Source: Eledone cirrhosa
Lineage: Eukaryota
Length of the DNA stretch: 64,000 bases
NCBI GenBank assembly: GCA_964016885.1
Contig: OZ024746.1
Span: 50,592,001 to 50,656,000, forward strand
Reading direction: 5' to 3'
The notes under the pieces: model-generated
The model's input: the letters and a program-made list of their open reading frames with translations, nothing else
Database searches by the model: none
What the model was told of the DNA's origin: nothing
Program-made: the position numbers and the translations under genes
In this document: one piece after another, positions 10,754-24,184 of the stretch
How the letters are laid out: the number at the start of each line of letters is the position of its first letter
Numbering within the stretch: the stretch's first letter is position 1

Positions 10754-13700
10754 TCCTCCACGCATTGTTGGGCTTCCAAATATTTAAACTTATTTAAATT
10801 TTTATTTCTTATTCCACAATGCTTCAAGCAAACGATAACACTTTGTGTGTGTGTGTGTGTGTGTGTGTTGACACCATTTTCATATACAGAAAAGAAAGAA
10901 CATCAGTACATAGTCATGTACACACACACACACACACCCACACCCCTGCCACATCCACCGACCCAGTTCTCTGTTTCTGACCACAAAGTTGCTAGAAAAC
11001 AGGATCTTCCAGTATAGAGAAGAATTAGGGAAATATTTAGGACACACAGACACACACTTTTATATACAGTATATACTTAGACACATGCATGTATACACAC
11101 ACACGTCAGCATACCACACGTACACATATACATGCTGACATCGACACTGGTTGCAACATATACACATACATATGCACGCATGCAAGAGCTAATATATTGA
11201 CGCTATTCACAACACAATACATATTCAAGACAGCATTCTTCTTCACTTGTACACATGTATATGATGGGCACACAGACAGAGAGAGAGAGAGAGAGAGACT
11301 ATGGGTGGGGGATATATAAATATATTTGTTTTGTAGTTAAAAAGTTTGCTGCACAACAACGATGTTCAACTTCAGAAAAGCCTTGTATATTTTCACTGTT
11401 CCTGTTATAAATTAAATGTACACTATACAAGTTAGATGGTCTTTTGCAAATTTTTCCATCTTTTTAAGACTCCCCTTTCAACTTTATTGTCTGGTTTTAA
11501 CCCTTTTAATGCCAACCTACCTGGGACAAACTCTTAGTCTTAGATACAAAACCATTGTGTTTATCATCAATTTTACGTCTGCTTTCCATGCTGGCATGGG
11601 TTGGATGAGTCACCAGTCTGAGACTTGAACTGAAGAGACCACATCTTACTTTCATAGGGTTTCTATGGCTGCATGCCTTTCCCAATGCCAACCATTTTGC
11701 AGAGTGTACTTGACCCATTTTCTTGTGGCACCAGCACAACCACTTTGCCAAGTGTACTGGGTGCACTTTATTATGTCACTAGCACTATTTAAATTAAAAC
11801 CTTACATCACAATTTTAAGTATTTTTTGTTAAGTTATATTCCAAGTGCTAGTTTAATGGAGAGAAAAGTTATGTTACTAAATCCCTCCAAATTCTTGATA
11901 ATTTTCAAAACTAATTAAAACATGTAGTCAATGTATTTCATTAGAAATCATCATCATCATCATCATCATACGTCTGCTTTTCCCTGCTTGCAAGGGTGGG
12001 ACAAGAACTGATTTTGGCTTGATTTCTACAGCTGGATGCCCTTCCTAACACCAGCCTCATTTACAGTGAGTGCTGGGTGCTTTTTTTGCTGTGGCACCTC
12101 CACGACCACTTTGCAGTAGGGACCCCAGTCCTATCATCTCATTTCTACAGCTGAGTAAACTGGTGCAATGTGAATTAAAGTGTCTTGCTCAAGGAAAGAA
12201 CACATCACCCGGTCTGAGAATTGAACTCAGGTGATGTGTTGTTTCCTTGAGCAAGACACTTTATTTCACATTGCAGAAATATGGCCACAAAAAGGTTACC
12301 ACGATCACCAGATCCTTAGGTACTTTTAGTAGAGTTCATCCTGTTGCAAGTATTCAAGCCATGTCCCTTGTCAGAGGATACCTTCTTCTCAGAGGCCTGG
12401 TAAAGGATCATGTGTGCCACCCTTTTATGTCAATTATTCTGGGACAGAGGGAGGTATAATTTTCAATTTATAATTTGGGTGAAGAATGGCCTGAACCTGT
12501 GGATGGAATAGGTAAAATAGTAAGTAGCTCTTGATTTGGAATATATTCACTCCTGCTGGAAAGCTGACCTTTATAACTGGATATAGTTATTTTTATTGTT
12601 TAATCTCAAACAAGGCAGCCTTTGTGTGTGAGAGAAAGAGTGAGGTTGTAGATCCTTTAATCCTTCTGTTACCATATTTCTAATGAAAAAAGACACTTCC
12701 TAATATTTTCAAATGATTTTGAAAAGAAATCAAGAATTTGTAGGAATTTAGTAATAGAACTAACTTTTTCAATTATTAAGCTTGTATTTGGAACATAACT
12801 TAACAAAAGTTCTAACATAGAATTATGATGGAAAGTTTTTTGATAAATATAGACACATTCAAATAAAGTTTTTGTATCATCTTTTACTCCCTTACTGTTT
12901 TTAGTCATTAGATTGCAGTTCTGCCAGGGTATTGCCATGAAGGAATTTTATTTATCATATCGATCCGAGCACTTTTTTTTTTTTTAAAGTCTGATACTTA
13001 TTTTGATTTTTTTTTCTCTTCTTCTTTTGTTGAAACTGTTAAGTTACAGGACATAAACAAATAGTAAACAAACACAAATCCATACACACATCATCCTCTT
13101 CATATTCCATCCACCTATGTTGGTATGAGTTGGATGTGTTGACACTATGAGACAAGTGAGGGATGTTATCGTGTGCATTTGGCTTACACATGCACATACA
13201 TACACACATGTTAGGTTTTAACATAGTTTCTGTCTATCAAATTTTATTCAGCAGGCATTGTTCAACCCTTTAGCATTTACATTACTCTATATATACTATT
13301 GTATTTTTGAGGTAAATAATATCTCACATAATATCGAAACTATGAGATTTTGACATTATTTATTTTGAAAAACCATACCTTAACATCAGTATGAGCAACC
13401 GGTTATGGCCAGTTTGAATAGAAAGAATGTATGAGATTTTGATATTATTTATTTTGAGAAAAATATCTTAACATAAGTATAAGCATCTGGTTACAACCAG
13501 TTTGAACAGAAAGAGGTGAGAGAATTCTGGCCGGATACAGCTGGTTTAAATGCTATGAAGCTATAGTGAAATCTCATGGATGCAAAGTGGATTCTTTATC
13601 CACACAACCATAACTGCATATAATATATGCAAAAAGTCTACAAGGAAAAACAACACAGGAAAACAATATAATGATGATATATATTAGGTTGTTGGTTGAT

Positions 13701-16700
13701 ACATTAGGAAAAGAGTCTTAATGTTTCTGATGATAGTTCTTCATCGGATGATAGAATGAAAGATAGAAGAAGAAATAGGATGGATGAGAATAAGAATGAG
13801 AAGAATTAGAAAAAAAGAAATTTCACAGCATGAAAGCATGTGCGCGTTTAGTCAGAATATATTCTAATCTACACTTGCGTATAAAGTATGAGAAATATTT
13901 CTATAACATGTTGAATAAATGTTTATTGAATTTACGCATTTCTAAGATGTAAATCTTTTTAAAATACAACGCCACAATAAGTCCTTTGTAATGTCGGAGC
14001 TCATTGATATGGTGGTGGGTCTCTCTCCTTTCATTTCTCACTTCTTTCATGACAATAACACATACAACAACAACAATAACAACAACAACATATGCAATAA
14101 CAACAACAACAACATATGCAATAACATGTCCGACAACTGGTACAATAAAAAATAACAACAACAAAAGCAATAAACATGATTTAGGACTGTGATGTGGGTG
14201 AGAATGAAAGGAGTGGTGTGATTAAAATTGCTGAAATATATGTGAACTGTTTTATTGTTGTTGCTGTTCATGTTGTTTGGTCTCAGTTATATCCTAATGT
14301 ACAATACAAAGGCATTCCAACCATGACCATCCTGTCGTTTTCTCAGGCACAGTGAATCAACAATTAAATGGTTTGCTTTGTTTATTCCTAAGTCAACTGT
14401 AATTCAGCAAATTTACCATCAAAGGCATTCCAACTGTGGCCATCCCATCTTGTTTCCAAACATAGTGAATATAGGACTAACTACATTATCTAATAAATCC
14501 CCTTCCTTATTTAACCCTTTAGAACTTACATTACTCTATATTTACTATGACATTTTCGCAGTAAAAGCTTTACCTCACATAATATCGAATCTATGAGATT
14601 TTGATATTATTTATTTTGAGAACAATACCTTAACATCAGTATAAGTAGCGAGTTACAGCTGGTTTGGACAGAAAGAGGTGACAGAATTCTGGCCGGTCTA
14701 AATGAGTGTTTATTAAATATACAAAGTATCTTCTGGTTGAACAACAGATAGTAGCTCTCTTATTGGATTATCTACCTTCTGCTTATAGGATTTAAACTCA
14801 GAAACCTAGCTCTTCAACCACCTGCCATCATTGCTATCTTAAACCTTTCATTTCCATATTACTCCATTAGTGTTTAAACCGGCCATATCCGGCCAGAATT
14901 CTCTCACCTCTTTCCCTTCAAACAAGCCGTAACCGGCTGCTAATACTGATGTTATGGTATTATTCTCAAAAATAAATATCAAAATCTTATAGATTCGATA
15001 TTATGTGAAATAATTCATCATCATCATCGTTTAACATCTATCTTCCATGCTAGCATGGGTTGGACGGTGAATTATGTGAGGTAAAGCCACTACTGTGAAA
15101 ATATGGTAGTAAATATAAAGTAATGTAAATGCTAAAGGGTTTTGTACTTCATGAAATCACAATATTCTTGAAAAATATAAAACAGCGCTATGATTGCAGC
15201 ATATCGTGAATTATATATCGTCTTTAGTTTTTTTCAAATTTTCACAACAATCTGCATACTAGTAAAGATACTATAAACATTTGAATTAACAAACATGTTT
15301 TTTTAAAAATACTTTCTACTAAATCATTACAGAATGTTAAGAGTTAAAAAAAAGCAAACACACAAAACATTTCAGAATGCCTAAGAGCCACTTGAGATTG
15401 GCCAAAGAGCTACATATGTCCCTGGAGCAACATCTTCCTGACTTTTACATTAACCCTTTAGCATTTAAACTGGCTGTATCCTGCCAGAATTCTCTCACCT
15501 CTGTTTAAACCGGCCATAACCGACCAGGTATTGTTCTCAAAATAATTGATATCAAAATCTCATAGATTCGATATTATGTGAGATAATTATGTAAAGTAAA
15601 GCCTTTACCGTGAAAACATAATAGCATATATAGAGTAATGTAAATCTAAAGGGTGAAGCCATCTACAGTCTTTGTCCATTTGATGGTGGTCTGGATAGTT
15701 TTGGTCTATTGAATTCTGCTCATAAGGTTTTAGTCCAACTGGTGTTGCACAGCAAGTTTGAACCTCGAACCACATGGTTGTGAACAGATATAGTATTGTT
15801 GGGAACATGTTTTATTAATGTTTGTGTGTTGTTGTGTTCTGAGGATGTTGTAGTGTTCTATCGATGGGGTGGGCATATTGTTCTGGGAATGTTGTAATGT
15901 TGTAGGAGTGTTCTGGGAGTGATGTAGTGTTGTTGTGGTGTTCTGGGAATGTTGTAGGAGTGTTCTGGCAGTGATGTAGTGTTGTAGTATTCTGGGAATG
16001 TTTTGGTGTTGTTGTAGTGATGTAGTAGTGTTCTGGCAGTGTTGTTGTAATGTTCTGGGGTGTTGTAGATGTGTTTAGACAGCGTGGGAGAGATGTTGTT
16101 ATAAAGGTCTTGCAGTGTTTAATAGTGTGCTGTTGTTGTGTTGTGTGATGTGGTGTGTTGTAGTGTTGTGTGGTGCTTTGTAATGATGTGCTGTGTGGTG
16201 TGCTATAGATGTTGTGTCGTGTGATGTGGTCATGTTGTGTGGTGTGTTGTTCTAGGGTGTTGTAATGATGTTGTATTGTAATTAGTGTCAGGATTGAGTG
16301 GGAGAGCTGGTGTTGTAGTGCAACACACACACACACTATATCAATAACCCCCCCCCCCCCCTTCAGTATACCTCCTCTTCCTCCTGCTCTATCACCCCTT
16401 TCTCCAACACCTCACTAGATGCTGCTGTAAGAAAAGGATTAACCTCTTTCTCATATTTTTGTTGATTACCTTCAAGGACTTTCTCTGTGTGTCTCTATAT
16501 GTACATGTGTATATGTATTGATATGTATATGTACACATGTATATGCATGTGTCATATATACATGCCCTTACACAATCATACATATTTGTATGTATAAGAT
16601 TGTGTGTGTATATATATAATTGTTTCTATGTTTGGCACAAGGCCAGCGATTATCCCAGTGTATTACTGGTACTTTATTTTATCGACCCCATAAGGATGAA

Positions 16701-17590
16701 AGGCAAAGTTAACCTCGGCGGGATTTGAGCTCAGTGATGACTCATCATCATTTTATATCCGGGTTGGATGGGTCCTTCTCAGTACAGCATCTCTCCATTT
16801 GTCACGTTTCTTTGTCATCTCCCCAAGGAGCTTTAGTAATCTAAGATCAGCTCTCACCACTTCCACTCTGATCTTCCTTGGTCTTTCTCTACTGCAGCTT
16901 CCTTCCACTGGGGTTATTTGGCACTTCTTCACTCAGTCATCATCATCCATGTGCATCACATGTCCATCCCAATGCAATCTCCTCTACTACACACTACTTC
17001 TGATTCCTCTTATACACAGTTTCCCCCTCAATTCATCCATTCTTTGTTGATTTAGACATTTAACCCTTTAGCATTTCAATCAGCCATATCCGGCCAGAAT
17101 TCTCTCACCACTTTCTGTTCAAACTGGCTGTAACCAGCTGCTCATACTGATGTTAAGGTATTGTTTTCCATATAAATGATATCAAAATCTCATAGATTCG
17201 ATATTATGTTAGACAATTATGTGAGTTAAAAGCCTTTACTACAAAAATACAATAGTAAATATAATGTTAACATCGCACATCCATCAAAACAGGCTTACCT
17301 CATTTCTCTCCAGCCACCGCATCTCCTCTGTATTCACTGCCCATGTCTCACTACCATGCAGCATGGCATATTACACACAAGCATCATACAGCCAACCTTT
17401 CATTCATAGGGAGAAACCTTTCGTTGTTAACAGGGGTAACAGTTCCCTAAACTTCTTCCGTATTATCCTTATTCTAGCTACTATGCTCTGTCTCCTCTTC
17501 TGTTAATTATATCACTTAGGTAGCAGAAGTACTCAAACCACTTCTATGGATCCTTCCTGGGATTTTTTGAAATATTTACTTCAGCGTTCA

Positions 17591-17664
17591 CAGATTGACT
17601 TTTTTAGTTTCAGAAGATCCTGTTAAGGGTGAAAGCAACGATTCTTTGCTTAAACTTTAATCTG
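17591..17664 (+). ncRNA. Type I hammerhead motif with CAGAAGA (A4) core
   Basis: Stem I CAGATTGA..AGTTT / AAACT-TTAATCTG with bulge; stem II CCT-GTTAA-GGG; GAAA 17631-34; stem III GCAA/TTGC; CUU site. Confidence 0.65.
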
Positions 17665-17940
17665 TTATTTTAATAAATATTTGCTCTAGTGTTCTTATAT
17701 ATTTGATATATATTTATCCTTATCGAGCCCTCTTCAGATTTTAGTCTTCAAATTTATTATTATTACTATATATATATCATCATCATCATCATCGTTTAAC
17801 GTCTATCTTCCACGCTAGCATGGGTTTAGACGGGAATTGTCCCACTTGAGGCAAGATTGGTTGTCTTGCTCGTATAGGACTGTCTGGCAGGCTTTCTATG
17901 GCTGTATGCCCTTCTTAACACCAATATATATATATATATA

Positions 17941-18287
17941 TCATCATCATCATCATCATTTCATTTTACGTCCGCTTTTTCCCTGCTTGCAAGGGTGGGA
18001 CGGGAACTGATTCTGTCTTGATTTCTACAGCTGGATGCCCTTCCTAACACCAACCTCATTTACAGTGAGTGCTCGGTGCTTTTTTGCCGTGGCACCTCCA
18101 CGACCACTTTGCAGCGGAATGATATGGACCCCAGTCCTATCATCTCATTTCTGCAGCTCAGTAAACTGGAGCAATGTGAAATAAAGTGTCTTGCTCAAGA
18201 AAACAACACATCATCCGGTCTGAGAATTGAACTCACAACCTTTTGATTGCAAGGCCAATGCTCTAACCACTAAGCCATGTGCCTCCT
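17941..18287 (-). mobile_element. tRNA-head CORE-type SINE with RTE-derived tail (family S2); relatives at about 11950-12280, 26195-26530, 41507-41800, 55677-55990, 59262-59520, 60535-60945
   Basis: Head GGCACATGGCTTAGTGGTTAG (A box), GAGTTCAATTC (B box), CORE-like CTTGAGCAAGACACTTT, tail matching the RTE 3' end with (GAT)n. Confidence 0.85.
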
Positions 18288-18452
18288 ATATATATATACA
18301 TACATACATACATGCATGGTGGCTGCCAACTCGTTTTCGAGTACGGCCACTACTTTATATCCATGTAGGAGAACCCTTGCCGATGCGCTGAACGAGTGTG
18401 ACTTTTTAGTCCAGCCAGCGACTTAAAAACTCTGGTACAAACACTACACTTG

Positions 18453-19660
18453 AAGCGTAGGAGCCCGCTTCTCAAGCAAGTCTATCTTCATGAAACAGAT
18501 AAGATCATGAGCGTTGGGAAGGAACTCCTTGAGAGATATTCCCTGTGTGATAATCAAAAACTCACACCCAGGGATGTCGCTCAGCAGTATCGCAGTGAAT
18601 CCATGGATGAAAAACTGCATGCCTATCAGCAAAAAATCATGCATGGATATGTTGCCAGGAAGCTCCAGAGTGAGAGTAATATAGATAAGGAAAGTAGTCT
18701 ATCTTGGACCAACAACCGCTATATTGACTCCCACTTTGAAGGATACGCTTTTGCAATCCAAGAACAGGAGATTAGCACGAAATACCTGATTCACAAAAGA
18801 GATAGGGATGCAGGCAAAACACCTAGATGTGATAACAAGTGCAGACTCTGCAGAACTAACATCGAGGATATCACCCATGTCATCAGCAGCTGTCCAAAGA
18901 TGTCATCGCGGTACTATCTACCTATGAGGCATGATATAGTGGCCAAAACACTGTACAATGCAGTTCGTAAAAAAGATAGCCCCGATAATAAACACATTAA
19001 AAGCTACAACAATGTGGAAGACATCCATGTACATAATATGAAAGAGTACTGCTGTAATGTTCCAGTAAAAACCCCAATAAAATACAGGCATAACAGACCA
19101 GATATTATGATATGGGACAGGGAGAAGAAAACATGCACAGTAGTGGAAATTAGCTGCCCAGCAGATGCCAATATAATATCAAAGATTAGTGAAAAGGAGA
19201 ATATTTATGCAGAACTGATGAGAAATCTGCAGATACTCCACCCTGATTACACCTTCAGATTTATGCCTGTGATTATTGGGGCACTGGGATATGTTAGTAA
19301 CTGCCTCAATACAAATCTTGAGAAGCTAGGCTTCACAGGAACAGAAAGAACACAACTAGTTAGGAAACTACAAGTACAATCCATTAATGGAACAGTAAAA
19401 ATATGTAAAACATTCCAAAAATTTTGCATCTAATAACTGCATATACACATGTACAGATACAAAGCATATGCACATGCACACATACAACTCAAAACATACA
19501 CATGCACACATACAATAACATCCATATCTACACATGCATGCATACATACATATCTACCTAGTTGATGTTGTGTAAATTCCAATGAGAGAGTCTTGTCTAT
19601 GTTAGAAACCGACTCTCTCACTATTGGTAAAACTTTGTGAAATTATAAAACCAGAAGAAC
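18453..19660 (+). mobile_element. 5'-truncated non-LTR retrotransposon with restriction-like endonuclease (R4/Dong-like or related RLE clade)
   Basis: 327-aa ORF 18450-19433 with CRLC..EDITHVISSC zinc knuckle, RHD, RPDIMIWD..VEISCP (PD-D/E nuclease). Confidence 0.88.
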
Positions 19661-19671
19661 ATACATACATG

Positions 19672-20043
19672 GATGGTGGCTGCCAACTCGTTTTCGAGTA
19701 CGGCCACTACTTTATACCCATGTAGGAGAACCCCTACCAATGCCCTGAACGAGTGTGACTTTTTAGTCCAGCCAGCGACTTGAAAACTCTGGTACAAACA
19801 CTACCCCTGTGACAATTATTGTCACAGAGTGCTGGGCCTATGGTACCATGTGACGACAAGTGCAGAGAGATCTCCAGATATAAAGCAATGCCTGTGCCGT
19901 GAAGCTTTTATAGTGAGCAAAGGCACTGCACAAAGCCAGTCCCACTCTCTTGACCAAGATATTTACCAAAAAGAACAAGTCAGCATAATTGGATACCATC
20001 AGGGTTGCAGGTGTTATATCAGAGTTTTCCTTCTAGAATTCTG
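19672..20043 (-). mobile_element. Short bipartite RTE-derived non-autonomous element (also 18316-18452, 23088-23500; relative at about 33925-34250)
   Basis: Minus strand starts with RTE-5'UTR-like CTAG(GAG)AAGGAAAACTCTGATAT and ends with a C2H2 finger remnant (CSVCTRVFKSLAGLKSHTRSAH in the 23088 copy) and a CTCG-AAAA-CGAG stem-loop. Family assignment is from recall. Confidence 0.65.
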
Positions 20044-20429
20044 CATACATACATACATACATACATACATACATGGCAGTTAAGATGTTGTATAGAATGC
20101 TTTACAGTATTCGTCCCACCTCATTAAGTTCAAATCCTGCCGTGGTCAACCTTGCCTCTCATCTTTTCGAGGTTGATAAAAAATGTACCAGTCCAGTACT
20201 AAGGTCGATTCTTCCTCTATAGAAAAAAATCAGCTGTGTTCAGACTTGGAGAGGGTAGACTCTGCCAGGATTAACCCTTTAGCATTTAAACTGGCCATAT
20301 CCAGCCAGAATTCTCTCACCTCTTTCTGTTCAAACCGGCTGTAACTGGCCACTCATACTGATGTTAAGGTATTGTTCTCAAAGTAAATAATATCAAAATC
20401 TTGTAGATTCGATATTATGTGAGATAATT

Positions 20430-22821
20430 CACCTCGTGGACAAGAATGCAAGCACTCCTCTTTGTTTCGGATGCGGATGGCTAACATAACCCCCCGCCCC
20501 ACCGCTCCCACCCTCCAAACGCAATCCAAAACTTCAGAGTTGGTACCATGAATGTAGGCACCTTAAAGGGTCGCTCTAACGAGGTTGTAGAAATTCTTGA
20601 ACGTAAGGAGGTCGATGTTTGTTGTATTCAAGAGACCAGGTGGAGGGGTGGGTCTGCTAGATTCATCGTGGGTAAAGAACGATGCTATAAGCTTTTCTGG
20701 GTGGGAAATGAAAATGGGCTGGGTGGAGTAGGAATCATGGTAGCAGAAAAGTGGGCAGATAAGATAATAGATGTAAATAGAGTGAACGACAGAATAATTA
20801 AAATAAGACTTGTACTCAATAGAACTACGGTGACAGTAATATCTGCGTACGCACCCCAATCCGGACTGCCCGGCACTATAAAAGACAGATTCTATGAGAC
20901 ACTGATGCTCACTACCTCCCAAATAACCGACAGTGACTATATAATTATTGCAGGCGACCTAAATGGTCACGTTGGACAACATTGTGACGGCTATGACGGA
21001 ATCCATGGAGGCTATGGGTTTGGTACTAGAAATGAGGAAGGTCCCAGAAAAAGTAATAGCGCAACTAATCAGAGAGCGAATTGATCTAGACGAAATGCAG
21101 TTCGGGTTTGTGTCAGGTAAAAGTACAACAGACGCTCTTTTCATTGTACGACAACTACAGGAGAAGTACCTAGCTAAAAGTAAACCCCTATACTTAGCTT
21201 TTGTTGACTTGGAGAAAGCCTTTGACAGAGTACCCCGCTCGATTATCTGGTGGGCCCTTAGAAAACTAGGTGTTGACGAATGGCTTGTGAGAGCTATACA
21301 AGCCATGTATAAAGAAACAGCCAGCAAGGTTAGAATTAACAATGAATATAGTGAAGAGTTTAGCGTAAAAGTTGGTGTTCATCAGGGCTCCGTCCTTAGC
21401 CCCCTACTATTTATTATTGCCCTTCAGGCTATAACAGAGGAGTTCAAGACCGACTGCCCATGGGAACTCCTATATGCAGATGATCTAACGCTCATAGCTG
21501 AATCAATGGCTGAACTAGAGAAGAAATTCCAAACATGGAAGCATGGCCTAGAATCAAAAGGCCTTAAAGTTAACTTGTCTAAGACTAAAGTTCTAGTTTG
21601 TAGGAAGAAAAATAGGGCACCGGTCCCATCTGGGAAATGGCCATGCTCAGTGTGTAGGAAAGGAGTAGGTAGAAACTCCATTTTATGTCCCAAATGCAAA
21701 GTATAGGTACATAAAAGATGTAGTGGGATCACAGGTAAACTATCTAAGAATATAGATTTTATATGTGGCCGGTGCTCTGGTGCAATAAGTAGCAGCAAGT
21801 GCCCACAGAATACTAACTCGTTCCATTGCACAGGTGGTTCTATAGAAATAGTGGACAGCTTCCGTTACCTGGGTGATAAAATCAGCAGTGGGGGAGGGTG
21901 CTCTGAAAGTACAGTAGCTAGGGTCAGAACAGGATGGAAAAAGTTCAGGGAGCTTATACCACTATTGGCCGCTAAAGGGTTCTCTCTAAAAATGAAGGGC
22001 AGGCTGTATGATGCCTGCATACGAACAACAATGTTACATGGCAGTGAGACCTGGGCATTGTGTGCAGAGGATATACGCAGACTGGAGAGAAACGAAGCTT
22101 GCATGCTCCGCTGGATGTGTAATAGTAACATACTTGAACGGCAAAGCATAAACGTACTAAGGGAGAAATTAGAAATAAGAGGGATCAGTTGTTGTTTACT
22201 CGAGAGAAGACTACGTTGGTATGGTCACGTGATGCGCATGAAAGACGACAGCTGTATAAAAAAGTGCAGGGCAATAAAAATAGACGGTAGCCTCGGAGTA
22301 GGCAGACCCAGAAAAACCTGGGACGACTTGATAAATTCCGAACTCACACACTTACACCTCTCCAAGGCAATGTCACTGGACCAAGAGCTTTGGCGCTACA
22401 CAGTAATAGAGAAGACCCGCCTTACCTAAGTACAAAGTGAAACCTACTACAGCCAGTAGGCAGCTCTAACAAAATACACCCCGTCCCACTACCCCCACCC
22501 TATCCACACCACCCCTTCAAGTGAAGTTATGTTGGTGTCACAACATCCCGCCCGAAACAAATGAGGTCGTGTAGATGTCACAACCAAAAAACACACAGTC
22601 CACGCTGTAATGTGGCTGTGTAGGCAACACGTTAAAAACCTCCCAGTTCCACACTGTAAATGTGGTTGGTGTTAGGAAGGGCATCCAGCCGTAGAAAACC
22701 CGCCAGACAGTCCTATGCGAGCAAGACAACCACTCTTGCCTCAAGTAGGAAAACCCCCGTCCAAACCCATGCAAGCGTGGAATATGGACATTAAACGATG
22801 ATGATGATGATGATGATGATG
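20430..22821 (+). mobile_element. RTE-clade LINE (family A), internally deleted: APE endonuclease, RT, 3' UTR
   Basis: NVGTLKG..IQETRW..SAYAPQ..AGDLNGHVG (APE); FVDLEKAFDRV..GVHQGSVLSPLLF..YADD (RT); stop at 21704-06; (GAT)n tail; AATT at both junctions inside a MITE. Confidence 0.95.
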
Positions 22822-23646
22822 AATTATGTGAGGTAAAGCCTTTACCACAAAAATACAATAGTATATATAGAGTAATGTAAATGCTAAAGGGTTAAGAGTG
22901 CCCTAATCACGTACCATATAACGATGCTTCTATGACTCCATAAGGAGTTATGGGACCTTTATCCTTCCTACTACTACTACACACACACACACACATACAC
23001 ACACACACTACATTAACACTGTGAACTGTCCTATCCTTATTAGCATGGCAAAAAGACATAGAATAGTGATGTTATATATATATATATATGGTGGCTGCCA
23101 ACTCGTTTTCGAGTATGGCCACTACTTTATATCCATGTAGGAGAACCCCTACCGATGCGCTGAACGAGTGTGACTTTTTAGTCCAGCCAGCGACTTGAAA
23201 ACTCTGGTACAAACACTACACTTGTGACAATTATTGACACTTAGTGCTGGGCCCATGGTATCATGTGACGACAAATGCAGGGAGATCTCCAGATATAAAG
23301 CAATGCCTGTGCCGTGAAGCTTTTATAGTGAGCAAAGGCACTGCACAAAGCCAGTCCCACTCTCTTAACCAAGATGATATTTACCAAAAAGAAGAACACG
23401 TCAACATCATTGGATACCATCAGAGTTGCAGGTGTTATATCAGAGTTTTCCTTCTCCTAGAATTCTGCCTTGACAAAGGCTAAGGGGTCATCTCTCCCAT
23501 ATATATATATATATACATACATATACACACACACGTATATATATATATATGTAGGAGGTGAGTTTTATTGTAGTACAATAAAGCAATGCAGATATCAGAT
23601 AAGAAGCACTCTACAGTTTGTAGGACTGGAGTATACATAATATATT

Positions 23647-23973
23647 AGATCAAAAGATGGTTAAAAGAGTTCCATGTATTTTATTATGCGCATTTCAAAA
23701 ACAAATATCATCATGCAATAACATTTGTGTTTTCATCAGATAAAATAGGAAGACATGATATGAAGGTTAACAAACACTCGTGAATAGTGCAGTTTTAAAT
23801 CAACATATCATATATGTTGATTTAAAACTGCACTATTCACGAGTGTTTGTTAACCTTCATATCATGTCTTCCTATTTTATCTGATGAAAACACAAATGTT
23901 ATTGCATGATGATATTTGTTTTTGAAATGCGCATAATAAAATACATGGAACTCTTTTAACCATCTTTTGATCT
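23647..23973. repeat. Perfect inverted repeat, 162-bp arms with 3-nt loop
   Basis: 23647-23808 is the reverse complement of 23812-23973. Confidence 0.95.
23869..23950 (+). ncRNA. Type I hammerhead ribozyme motif (identical copy on the minus strand at about 23670-23751)
   Basis: Stem I TATTTTAT/ATAAAATA plus TTCC/GGAA; CTGATGA 23881-87; long stem II AAAC..GTTT; GAAA 23924-27; palindromic stem III TGCGCA; AUA site, cleavage after 23935. Confidence 0.82.
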
Positions 23974-24184
23974 TATATATATATATATATACACACACAC
24001 ATATATATACTACTACAACAACAACAGCAACAACACCAACGGCAACAACACCATCGTCTGTGTTGAATGTGTGTGTATGTATGTATTTGTATATATGCGA
24101 CAGCAATAACAGCATCAACACCATTGTCTGCAGCAACAGCAGCAGTGAAATGAAGAACAACAACAACAGCGACAACAGCAAGAC

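Noticed and set aside
18316-18350. HDV-like ribozyme in GGTGGCTGCCAACTCG..CGAG
   Set aside because: Better explained as the reverse complement of an RTE 3'-terminal stem-loop; I could not build a nested double pseudoknot.
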